DNA of 32,000 nt from Promethearchaeota archaeon (GTDB lineage: Archaea > Asgardarchaeota > Lokiarchaeia > Sigyniarchaeales > Promethearchaeaceae). This document shows positions 1-11,981 of the stretch, piece by piece (the first letter of the stretch is position 1; every line of letters starts with the position of its first letter). The DNA is taken from positions 1 through 32,000 of the forward strand of contig JAFGBS010000004.1 in the NCBI GenBank assembly GCA_016933055.1, written 5' to 3'. A program made the translations under genes and the position numbers. Below the pieces are notes generated by a model. It did not search any database. It was not told the origin of the DNA and saw nothing but the letters and a program-made list of their open reading frames with translations.

Positions 1-2710
<2,710 letters not shown>

Positions 2711-2729
2711 TTGAGGCTAGGGGACGAGT

Positions 2730-2774
2730 TCAGATTGCTCGCGACGGCATGGAAACCATGCGTTTACGGTCTGA
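2730..2774 (-). other. Structured 5' leader of the 23S precursor
   Basis: Perfect 6-bp hairpin gcatgg-aaa-ccatgc (2747-2761), enclosed by complementary tcaga (2730-2734) and tctga (2770-2774), directly upstream of the 23S 5' end. Confidence 0.35.
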
Positions 2775-3422
2775 TGTCTGTCCGCTGTTCACATCTAGTA
2801 CTTATAGGTACCGAGATTGTCTTCAATATTACGAAAAAATCAAGCACATAAGCAAAAAGTATCTTGAACACTTACACACAAACTCAATCAACACAAAAAG
2901 TGTAGGATGCTATATCCACCAGGACCAATTAGTCAGGGGGCACGTGTATCATGTAAACCTGACCCAGTTTTTTGAGGTCGTAAAAACGTTACAAGGTTTT
3001 GTTTCGTTTTTGGTTTTCTGATATTACATATTACAATGGGTTACACAAAGTACCATTACCTACAACCGACATTGGATGTTCCATTTGGAAGTATCCTATT
3101 ACGATGTAAGATGTTTGATGACATTCATCCACCAGTTGTGCACACAGTGATGGTACTATGTAACCGGCAAATCGCAAGATAGCAAGCAACATAGTTTGCA
3201 CATATGTACACAAATAATGGCTGATGTCGTTTAGATAACTTTACTTTTCTTTAAACGTTCAGCCCTACCCTATGAGGTAATCCATTCCGTGTTTCGGATG
3301 ATTGCCCGTTATTCAGTACCACATTCCTGCGGATCCGGATCCAGTAGAATCATGGTCATTTCCAGGCGCTTCTTGTGGGTGAATAATCACTATCATTCCG
3401 CTCCAAACGGGCTTGAGATGAT

Positions 3423-3635
3423 TCAATGTTTGGCAGGCAGGAATAACAGCCATGTTCCCGTGTCGGTGTCGTGATGATCGCTGCTGATCGCCAATCCGAT
3501 GATGGGGATCAGTGGCACAAAAGTCGACCGACAAATAGGCAATAAGGATCCCCACATTATAAATTTTATGCTGATAGAAGAGAAAACTACGGAAGGAGGG
3601 AATATCACCGGGAGATACGTCCAAAATTCAGCGTG
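3423..3635 (-). pseudogene. Possible decayed membrane-protein fragment (ABC-2-type permease-like)
   Basis: Stop-bounded hydrophobic frame HAEFWTYLPVIFPPSVVFSSISIKFIMWGSLLPICRSTFVPLIPIIGLAISSDHHDTDTGTWLLFLP. The end loosely resembles the 's.isgE...GT..lll..P' permease motif. No intact long ORF. Confidence 0.25.
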
Positions 3636-3851
3636 CCTATCTTATAAGGTTTGTGCATGTTGGGAAAAATGCGGAAGGCAATCTCGATTAGACACCCCTT
3701 AAGCACAACCATGCGGAGGAATACCATCTCATATCCCCGAATCGATCCAGAAGTCCATAACAAGAGCATGGAAGAAAAGAGGAATGCAATCAAATCGATT
3801 TATTGATAAATTAATAATTCTGTCGGGAAGAAAAGTGCTTTATGGTGCAAC

Positions 3852-4115
3852 CTATAACCTACTAAGTACCTTCTTCACATTTAACTGAAGATTCGGGATA
3901 TCCTCGATTATTTTTCCCAGACAATCTCAAGTTCAAGCGAGAAATACCCCAAGAACCATTCACCTTTGAAATGTCACAAGAATATTAATATCACTGTCTT
4001 TATTGAATTGATTAGTCAAAATCGAACTAAGTAATTCTGGTTTCTTTATGTAATATTTTTAGCAGATTTCTCTAAATTTCTCTTCATCCCCATGCTTAAT
4101 CAAAGCATTGAGTTT
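3852..4115 (-). pseudogene. Decayed MNT (minimal nucleotidyltransferase)-HEPN (DUF86-type) toxin-antitoxin relic
   Basis: Manual translation gives EKFREIC*KYYIKKPELLSSILTNQFNKDSDINILVTFQ (MNT GS..DSDID region, degenerate). It continues into GYFSLELEIVWEK / IIEDIPNLQLNVKKVL* (HEPN C-terminal HGY...IVWE...DIP motif), with a one-base loss in an A-run near 3911-3915. Confidence 0.65.
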
Positions 4116-4336
4116 TTTCGAGGGTGGGATGATTTGGGTAGTGTTATTCCAAATGGAGCGGTATTGATCTCATAATTGGTCCCTCAATTGTCACATTGTT
4201 CATCATTTTCCTTTAAACTAGGTCGTTGGCAATAATTTTTTTTTATGGTTCATGGTTAAGAAGCAAAATACTGGATCCGATAGAGATACCGATTTCTACT
4301 CAGACTTAAAAGCAAATGTGTTCATTTGTTATATAG

Positions 4337-4954
4337 ATGCTAGTAGCCGAAAAGAAAAACATATATCCAGTTCTGGGCATTCTCTTGGGATTCTTTCTAA
4401 TAATCTTTGGTACATTTGGAATATTCCTTTTATTTTGGGAAGTGCTCAGCGAAGAGATGTTATTATTCACAGTGTTTGCAATTGGTATTACGGGAGCATT
4501 CATTCTTTCAATTAACTTAACTATTGTTAGAATCAGAGAAATGGCAAAACGATTAGATAAGGCTGCACAACTGATGAATCCGAAAACAAAAATTGTTGGA
4601 ATGGGAGTAATTGTCCAAATAAAACCGTATTATATAGTCAGATTTGAGGGATACTACTTAAATGTTTTACGAATGCAGGAAACAACCGATTATTCTCCTT
4701 CAGTTTACCGAAAAATGGTGGGTCCAAAATTACCGTCGATTCTACCCCTTAAATGTCCCGTTATTACCGAATTTCAAAGATACAAACTGCGAAAATGCGA
4801 GGGAATCGCGCATATTTATGATATTGAGGAAGATCGTTGGGTCTCGGGGCATACGATCATGTATTCCATCTTTTGCTTTACCAAACCTATGTCCGATCTA
4901 TTGCAACCCGATGTGTTCCAAAATCTCCTTTACACCCTAACGCAATTTGAATAG
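4337..4954 (+). CDS. Hypothetical membrane protein (two N-terminal TM helices)
   Basis: 205-aa ORF with two hydrophobic segments followed by a soluble domain; no recognisable family motif. Confidence 0.7.
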   Translation: MLVAEKKNIYPVLGILLGFFLIIFGTFGIFLLFWEVLSEEMLLFTVFAIGITGAFILSINLTIVRIREMAKRLDKAAQLMNPKTKIVGMGVIVQIKPYYIVRFEGYYLNVLRMQETTDYSPSVYRKMVGPKLPSILPLKCPVITEFQRYKLRKCEGIAHIYDIEEDRWVSGHTIMYSIFCFTKPMSDLLQPDVFQNLLYTLTQFE

Positions 4955-5369
4955 TAGTCGTTTAATGATTTTATTTTTGAGCATTACGTGTATTCAAGGA
5001 ATTCCGGAGCACATTGATGATACACCTGAATTTTTTCTCCCAGTATTTTAATCCTAAAATAATCATTTTCACTATCTGCGCCCATCAGGCACCAATTAGA
5101 TAAGTCCTAGCTGATCTGATCTCCATTGATAAAACAAATGGGTCTTGGTTACGTCAAGCTATCGATTGGAGCATTAATATGAAAAATCTACTTGATTGGT
5201 TGATTTCTTAACCCAAATGAGCCTTTTCCGTGATATATCGAGGTATTTTTGATATATTCGACCATTATATGCATTTTTAAGAACTTTTATATAATAAAGA
5301 ATACCTAAGAGAATTATAGGAAATGATTGGTAGATCACATTTTGAAATACTAAGGAATGATGATAAGAT

Positions 5370-5924
5370 ATGGTATCACGGGTCAAAATTATTAAAAACA
5401 TTGCAGAAACCTATGTCTCCGAAATCATATCCATTGCACTTGGTATAATCGCCGGTACCATACTTACAATCCTAATATTACCTTTTAATTCGTTTATTGT
5501 TTTAATCTTGATTATTCCTGGTTTATTATCGGTGAGAGGAAATACGGGAGGAAGTTTTGCTACAAGATCATCGCGAGATCTCATCATTGGTAATTTTAAT
5601 AAAAGAACATGGTTCGAAAATGTATCTGCCACGATAATTCTCTCATCAATTTCGGGGTTGTTACTGGGAATCTTGTCAGTTCTTCTAAATATAATTTTCT
5701 TGAAAATCGCGTTGATAGATTCAATTTCTCTATTTTTTCTCCCCCTCATCACATTAACAATTGAACAAATAGTTTCACTTCCTATATCAACACTTTTTAG
5801 TTATCTGGTTTTTAAATACGGGCTCGATCCAAACAATATTGTTAGTCCGATAATGACGGGTATTGACGATGTATTGATCATTCTTTGCTTCTATCTTTCA
5901 TTAAAACTTCTGGGGGTTCCATGA
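5370..5924 (+). CDS. mgtE: MgtE/SLC41-family divalent cation transporter, membrane domain only
   Basis: GNTGGSFATR and GLDPNNIVSPIMTGIDD motifs; about five TM helices. Confidence 0.85.
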   Translation: MVSRVKIIKNIAETYVSEIISIALGIIAGTILTILILPFNSFIVLILIIPGLLSVRGNTGGSFATRSSRDLIIGNFNKRTWFENVSATIILSSISGLLLGILSVLLNIIFLKIALIDSISLFFLPLITLTIEQIVSLPISTLFSYLVFKYGLDPNNIVSPIMTGIDDVLIILCFYLSLKLLGVP

Positions 5925-6478
5925 TTATGGATTATTTTAAAAAAATCATGAAAGAATCGATAATAGTTGTGATCTTAACGACGATAATAGGATTCATTAC
6001 GGGTTCATTTCTATCCAGCTATGAGGGTGTTTTAATATATATTCCCGTTATCTTGATTATTCTCCCCGCATTAGGAGACACAATTGGAGATTTAGCAACT
6101 GTCATAGTCTCAAGATTAACCACTAATCTCTATTTAGGTGAAATAGAGCCTAAAATACAAAACTCAAAAGTTTTGAAAACGGATTTTTTTAATTTATCGA
6201 TAACGATGGCATTATGCTGCATAACAATTCTTCTTATGGGGTATGGAATAGCATTTTTCACAAGTGTTCCTATTGTATATCCTTTCTTAATCATAGTTAT
6301 AGTTATGATAAGTGGATTGTTACTCTTTGCACTATTGTTTATTGTTTTAGTCGTTTCTTCGATATATCTTTTTAAAAGAGGACGTGATCCAAATAATTAT
6401 TTAGTTCCTATAGCAACCACCTTAGCGGATCTATTAACTCCAATTTCAGTTATTCTTTTGATCCAAATATTTATATGA
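5921..6478 (+). CDS. mgtE: Second MgtE/SLC41-family membrane-domain protein
   Basis: GDLATVIVSRLTT and GRDPNNYLVPIATTLAD motifs. The ATG at 5921 overlaps the upstream TGA (ATGA coupling), so it is preferred over the TTG at 5885. Confidence 0.85.
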   Translation: MIMDYFKKIMKESIIVVILTTIIGFITGSFLSSYEGVLIYIPVILIILPALGDTIGDLATVIVSRLTTNLYLGEIEPKIQNSKVLKTDFFNLSITMALCCITILLMGYGIAFFTSVPIVYPFLIIVIVMISGLLLFALLFIVLVVSSIYLFKRGRDPNNYLVPIATTLADLLTPISVILLIQIFI

Positions 6479-6517
6479 AATTCGAAAATTCAAATCTATG
6501 AGTGAATATTTGACAAA

Positions 6518-7762
6518 ATGAACGAAATCAGAAAGAAATTTGAATATATTCCAATATCCTTAAAAGACATTTTAAGGAGTATGAAACGAAATATTGACTT
6601 AATGATTGATCTTGCCTATAGTGCAGTAAAATTTGGAAGCGAAGAGATAGCAGATGAGACTTCTAGGATTGAACATCGAATCCATGACTTGACTTTCTTA
6701 TTATATTTACAAATCATTCAAACCCAAGTTGGTGGGATAAAAGAAGCGAAAAAATTAGAGCCAATTGTAGTTATGGGGTATTCAATAGATAAAATTTCTG
6801 ATGCGCTCGCAGATATTGCTAAAGTAGTTTATATTAACAGATATATCGGTGATTTCACTCAATTATTTTGGGATAAGGTACCAGAACCGATTGTAAAAGT
6901 AACTGTAAATGAAAATTGCAATTTTATTGGGCTCCCCCGACTTGAGGTCCATTTTCGTTCTAAATATGGAGTCGATTTAATAGCAATTAAGAGAGGAGAT
7001 CAATGGCTATTTGGATTTGATGAAACAATACATAAGGATGATATTTTAATCATTAAAGGAGAACTTGAGTTAATCTATGAATTAAAAACGCTTGTTTACG
7101 ATTTAGAACCAATTTCTTTCCGCCTTGATGAAGATAAGCGCGAAAATATTTTTGATTTATCCGATCCTGAAATATTTAAAGAACTTGAGGATTTGAAGAA
7201 TGATTATGTCAAAATCACTGACATCTCTGAGACAATGATTGAATTAGCATTAGCATCCCTTTTTTTCAATAGCTATGAGCTTGCTGAGGATATGTTAGAA
7301 ATGGAAGAGCTGATGGATGCCTTAAATGCAAAATTTGAAAAGGATCTTTTAGCTTTTGCAAATTTATCTAAAAATCCTCGAATTTTGACAGGTATAATGA
7401 AAATTATTTTCTCATGCGAACAAATCTCAGATGCTGCCTCGAGTATCGCTGAAAATATCGTAAAGGGCTTTGAACCTCATGAAATAGTCCAAAAAGCAAT
7501 TGAAGAAACTCCTGAAATTGTTGTACGGGAAACTGTCTCAAAAAAATCATTTTTTAATGGAAAAACGTATGCAGAATTACAAAATAACCGTTATAAAAAG
7601 GGATTTCATATAGTGGCAATGAAAAGAGAAAATAATTGGATATATGGATTTAAAAGAGAGTTTAAGTTTCAAGAAGGGGACCTATTAATTGGGTTAGGAC
7701 CAAAAGAAACCGTAGAACAATGGAGATATGGCGTACGTCCAGAAAACTCCAATGGAGATTAA
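6518..7762 (+). CDS. Tandem (PhoU-like + TrkA_C/RCK_C) x2 regulatory protein
   Basis: Two PhoU-like helical segments (MIDLAYSAV... / MIELALASLF...; EQISDAA), each followed by a TrkA_C motif (GVDLIAIKRGDQW...DDILI; GFHIVAMKRENNW...GDLLIGLG). Confidence 0.85.
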   Translation: MNEIRKKFEYIPISLKDILRSMKRNIDLMIDLAYSAVKFGSEEIADETSRIEHRIHDLTFLLYLQIIQTQVGGIKEAKKLEPIVVMGYSIDKISDALADIAKVVYINRYIGDFTQLFWDKVPEPIVKVTVNENCNFIGLPRLEVHFRSKYGVDLIAIKRGDQWLFGFDETIHKDDILIIKGELELIYELKTLVYDLEPISFRLDEDKRENIFDLSDPEIFKELEDLKNDYVKITDISETMIELALASLFFNSYELAEDMLEMEELMDALNAKFEKDLLAFANLSKNPRILTGIMKIIFSCEQISDAASSIAENIVKGFEPHEIVQKAIEETPEIVVRETVSKKSFFNGKTYAELQNNRYKKGFHIVAMKRENNWIYGFKREFKFQEGDLLIGLGPKETVEQWRYGVRPENSNGD

Positions 7763-8017
7763 AGCGTTTTAGTAGCAAGTGTTGCCTAGGTTGTTCGAAA
7801 TTGTTTTCTCTCCGCTTTATGTTCCTCTGTGTTTTAGGAAAATAATTGATTGAGTAATTAGAATCGATGAAGATGATGTTTTCGACTTTTATATGCCTAT
7901 AATCAAGTCAATTGCTGTACTATAGTATTATTCATTATAGTAATTTATTATGAGACAATGGATGAGATTCTGAAAAACAATCCATCAATTTTGTACTCAC
8001 ACCCCTTATTCTACGAA

Positions 8018-8068
8018 CTATGCTAAAAACCTATTTGGGATTAGGTCAAATAAGTTCTTTTAGCATAG
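8018..8068. repeat. Imperfect inverted repeat / hairpin (CTATGCT...AGCATAG)
   Basis: ctatgctaaaa (8018-8028) is perfectly complementary to ttttagcatag (8058-8068); inner tatttg/caaata pairing; 9-nt loop. Confidence 0.6.
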
Positions 8069-8536
8069 CTATTCCTAGTACTCATGAAATTTTATCTAAG
8101 GGTTATTATAAGTATTTCCAGTGGTATCCCATTTTGGAAACCTTAGTAGGTAGGATTGGACCGATAAAAAAAAAATATTATAGAACGAGCCTTAATGGGC
8201 GTGTATAATGCAGAATAGATATTATTTAATAAAGCAGAGTTACCCAATACACAGAGTAATCACTATTTCTCAATATATACTCATCAAAAAAATAACAGTT
8301 ACGTCCATTAGGCTTTCGTATGAAACACTTAAATGCATGTATAATTCGCTTTTCAATCCCCTGATCACTCATAATGAGGTATCGATCCAAACTACCTCTG
8401 GTGGGAAACCGAACGGAAACCCAAAAAACCCGACTCCTATAAGTTCAGATCAATTTCGTTCACTATGTAAAAGGAAGACCGCAACCGCAATTTTTAAATG
8501 GACTTCCGATCCAGTTAAGTGAAGAAGGTTATCAAT

Positions 8537-11215
8537 ATGAAGAAATTCCATCGAAAACTGACGATTATTGTATGTATTACCTATCTGGTCGGTATGGGAC
8601 TTTATCTGCCTTTTTATCCCGTAGCGGCCTATCCAACGTACCCCACCACGGGGATTATTGCAATGTGGACGGGGTCTGAATTACCCGAAGGATGGGAAAT
8701 AGTGACAGAAACAAATAGTCGATTTGTCATGGCTACTACTACGGGAGAGATTCCGGGAGCAACGGGCGGTGTTAGCAGCCATAGGCATGGATATACTCAG
8801 ATTCCGACTCATACGCATGGATACACTAATACGATTGGTGTGACTCATTCCCATTCGTATACCGGAGGAGGTTCGACCGCTAATAAAGGAACTGCGGGTT
8901 CTGATATTCGAACATTTTACACTGGTTCCCAATCCTCGATTGGGGGTTCGATTTCTGCCCATGTCCATACCGTGTATCCCACCGGTTATTCAACTTGCTA
9001 CACAGAGAGTAGTAGTCTATTACCACCATATCAAACGGTGACGTATATTAAGAAAGTGTCTGCTACAGCATTATATCCCGCAGGATTGATTGTAATCTCA
9101 ACCGGAGATTCAATACCATCTGGATGGGTTCGGTGTGATGGAAGTTCAGGTACGCCAGATTTACGGGGGGACTTTTTGATGGGTTCGCTTACTCCCGGAT
9201 CAATGGGGGGAACGACTTCACATAACCATGTGTACAGAGAAGTACCCTATCATTCACATACCATGCAAAGTGATGGTGGGAGTCATACCCATGGAGCCTA
9301 TCATAGCACAACTTATGTTAAGGCAGACGATTGGAGTACTTTTGCGTATGATGTGGTTGTAGCCACTTTAAGCCAATCTTCCACTTATCATCTCAGCCAC
9401 AGCCATTCGGTGCCATACATAGGAAGCTCTACTTGCTATACACAAACTGTATCTCATTTACCTCCATATATAGCGGTGGATTTTTTAATGAGTACTCAAG
9501 ACACATCAGCCTTGCCAGTTGGGGTAGTTGCATTATGGGACAGCGTAGATTCGTCAATTCCGTATGGATGGAATATGTGTGATGGTTCGTACGGAACCGC
9601 AGATTTTCGAAATAGATTTATTCGTGGAAGGAACACCGAACCCATCGGGAGTTTAGGAGGAAGTTCTGCGCATTCCCATTCCTATAGCACAGTACCCAGT
9701 CATACTCATTCCGTTAGTTCGGGAGATGCGTATCATGCTCATCAAATGTACGTATATGGGGGATTGACAGCGGGGGCAGAAACATTGCTCGGATTAGGTT
9801 CTAACGTGTATATTGAAGGGGGGTCAAGAACTACCACATCCTCAACCTATTCTCATCGACATTATATTAACTCAGCAGGAGTTTCAAATCCCAGTACGCA
9901 AACTGCTTCCAATTATCCTCCCTATGTGAAATTCACGTATATCCAGTGTATCGATTATGATGGGATTAGTCCTGTATTCAGCAGCACTCCCGCGGATAAA
10001 TCTTTGGAATATGGATATGCAAGTGAAAGCATTTCTTGGACGGCGATCGATGGGAATCCCAATACCTATAGTATTGATCTGCTTGGAACGGGTACGATAG
10101 TCTCACCAACACCATGGAATTCTGGTAATCCAATTACCTTTACTATTCCCGATGGATTTGGAGTGGGGTCGTATACTTATGTTATTGAACTCCTCGACAT
10201 GTATGGAAATCCAAGTACCGATAGTGTAACATTAACCGTAGAAGATACGACCAAACCGATTATTACGGAATACCCAATCCCGCTTACGGTTCAATTTGGT
10301 TATGATGGTCAATCTTATTCATGGACAGCCACCGATCTCAATGCCGATACTTATTCCATCGAACTCATCGGGACGGGTATTGTGGAAGAGCCCACAGCAT
10401 GGACATCTGACGCGCCGATAGTATACAATATACCCGAAGGCTTTGGAGTGGGGACTTATACCTATACCATTACTTTTCTCGATTTATATGGCAACTCTGA
10501 ATCTGATACGATCACGTTCAATGTGGAAGATACCACACACCCCATTATTCACACTATTCCGAGCGATCTCGTACTGGAATTTGGAGATACAGCACCAGTA
10601 TTACTGTGGAATGCAACGGATCCGTATCCGGGGGTATATAATATTACAATCGACGATGTCCTGTATGCAATTAATTATCCATGGATCTCTGGGTCTCCAA
10701 TAGAATTTGATATAGATCCCTTTTATCTCGACGTAAATACCTACACTCTCACAATCACTGTATCAGATCTTTATGGTAACTACGCTTCAGATAGTGTTTC
10801 TATCACTATACAGGACACTACCACCCCGGTAATCACTGATACACCTTTTGATATTGCTGCAGATCTTGGGTACACTAACCGAAAAGTGACTTGGACGGCA
10901 ACGGATTATTTACCAGATACCTACACCATTGAGTTAGGGGGAACAGGAATAGTAGTAGATCATATTAAATGGACTTCTGGAGAACCCGTGACCTATACTT
11001 TTCCAGATGGGTTCGCATCGGGAACATATACTTATACTATCACGTTTTATGATGAACAAGGGAATTCAGTCACAGATAGAGTCCTCTTTATTGTCAGAGA
11101 ACTTCCGCCAAGGACGATTCCCGGATTCAATTTCCCCTTCTTAATAATAATCTCCATTAGTTCAGTGATTATGCTGGTTTTAGTTCAAAAACACAAAAAG
11201 AATAGGGCGAAATAA
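8537..11215 (+). CDS. Cell-surface protein: signal peptide + 3 phage tail-collar/HxH fibre repeats + 4 Ig-like repeats + Loki-CTERM-type anchor
   Basis: Signal peptide ending VAA. Three ~146-aa repeats with collar motifs (P.Gii.w....P.GW..CDG..GTPDLRG.F) and PPY end motifs. Four repeats at a 95-aa period (DTT.P.I...WTATD...Y.I...D.YGN). C-terminal IPGF + TM helix + KHKKNRAK. ATG 8537 preferred over GTG 8519. Confidence 0.9.
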   Translation: MKKFHRKLTIIVCITYLVGMGLYLPFYPVAAYPTYPTTGIIAMWTGSELPEGWEIVTETNSRFVMATTTGEIPGATGGVSSHRHGYTQIPTHTHGYTNTIGVTHSHSYTGGGSTANKGTAGSDIRTFYTGSQSSIGGSISAHVHTVYPTGYSTCYTESSSLLPPYQTVTYIKKVSATALYPAGLIVISTGDSIPSGWVRCDGSSGTPDLRGDFLMGSLTPGSMGGTTSHNHVYREVPYHSHTMQSDGGSHTHGAYHSTTYVKADDWSTFAYDVVVATLSQSSTYHLSHSHSVPYIGSSTCYTQTVSHLPPYIAVDFLMSTQDTSALPVGVVALWDSVDSSIPYGWNMCDGSYGTADFRNRFIRGRNTEPIGSLGGSSAHSHSYSTVPSHTHSVSSGDAYHAHQMYVYGGLTAGAETLLGLGSNVYIEGGSRTTTSSTYSHRHYINSAGVSNPSTQTASNYPPYVKFTYIQCIDYDGISPVFSSTPADKSLEYGYASESISWTAIDGNPNTYSIDLLGTGTIVSPTPWNSGNPITFTIPDGFGVGSYTYVIELLDMYGNPSTDSVTLTVEDTTKPIITEYPIPLTVQFGYDGQSYSWTATDLNADTYSIELIGTGIVEEPTAWTSDAPIVYNIPEGFGVGTYTYTITFLDLYGNSESDTITFNVEDTTHPIIHTIPSDLVLEFGDTAPVLLWNATDPYPGVYNITIDDVLYAINYPWISGSPIEFDIDPFYLDVNTYTLTITVSDLYGNYASDSVSITIQDTTTPVITDTPFDIAADLGYTNRKVTWTATDYLPDTYTIELGGTGIVVDHIKWTSGEPVTYTFPDGFASGTYTYTITFYDEQGNSVTDRVLFIVRELPPRTIPGFNFPFLIIISISSVIMLVLVQKHKKNRAK

Positions 11216-11238
11216 ATCAAAATAACTCAATTTACTCC

Positions 11239-11252
11239 TTTTTCTATTTTTT
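11239..11252 (+). terminator. Oligo-T tract, probable archaeal intrinsic terminator
   Basis: tttttctatttttt begins about 24 nt after the stop codon of the surface-protein gene. Confidence 0.4.
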
Positions 11253-11352
11253 GACAATGATGCGATTTTTTCTATCTCTATGTGAAGACAATCATTTTTT
11301 AATCAAGCATTTCGCGTATTGGGATCCTAATAATTATAAAGAAACCACAAAA

Positions 11353-11910
11353 ATGCATCCTATGAAGGATGAATTTCACTTGCGATCCGCTCTCCCATCT
11401 GATGTATCCAGAATCACGGTTTTGTGGAGTAATCTTATGGAATTTCATGAACCTATCGATAATATATTCGAGAGAAGTCCAGATGCTCAAAATCACTTTC
11501 AATCGTATCTCAACTCTCGTTTAGAACCCCCAGAGTTAGATGCCACAATTCATCAAAATATTCAACAAGGTGTTCCAGAGAGTCGAGATTTTTTTGCGTT
11601 TGTAGCTATAGACCAAAACACCGAAGAGATTGTCGGATATATTATGGGGGGCACAAGTAAAGTTTCTCCCGTGTTTAAAATTCAGGAATATGGCAATATT
11701 TCTGATATCTGTGTAAGTAATACCCACAGACGTCTTAAAATTGGATATAAATTAGTTGAAAAAGCAAAAAGATGGTTTAAAAACAAGGGAATTAAACATG
11801 TAAAAATCATGGTAGCGTCTGGGAACCAAATTTCGATTGCATTTTGGAGAAAGATGGGATTCGAACCAATAATGTACCAAATGCATTATAAATTTGGACT
11901 AGATCCATGA
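11353..11910 (+). CDS. GNAT family N-acetyltransferase
   Basis: EIVGYIMG, ISDICVSNTHRRLKIGYKLV (acetyl-CoA motif A) and N..SIAFWRKMGF. Start chosen at ATG 11353 (11362 also possible) rather than 11251. Confidence 0.9.
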   Translation: MHPMKDEFHLRSALPSDVSRITVLWSNLMEFHEPIDNIFERSPDAQNHFQSYLNSRLEPPELDATIHQNIQQGVPESRDFFAFVAIDQNTEEIVGYIMGGTSKVSPVFKIQEYGNISDICVSNTHRRLKIGYKLVEKAKRWFKNKGIKHVKIMVASGNQISIAFWRKMGFEPIMYQMHYKFGLDP

Positions 11911-11981
11911 TTTTCGATCGATATTCTTAGGATCAAAAACTAGTGTTTAATAACAGGTCGTTTAAGATTGATGGTAGACTC

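Noticed and set aside
3275-3305. 5S rRNA-like motif on the minus strand (catccgaaacacggaa)
   Set aside because: Only a short resemblance to CCGAACACGGAAG; the flanks do not match or fold like 5S.
5055-5210. Possible histidine-phosphatase remnant on the plus strand (FTICAHQAPIR*VLADL)
   Set aside because: Single weak motif, no RHG motif, too short to support.
8020-8522. ORFs 8020-8208 and 8208-8522
   Set aside because: No motifs, atypical composition, and overlap with a hairpin element; probably non-coding.
8519-11215. Prophage or tailocin locus suggested by the tail-collar domains
   Set aside because: No capsid, terminase, sheath, baseplate or integrase genes in the window, and the protein has a signal peptide and a membrane anchor.
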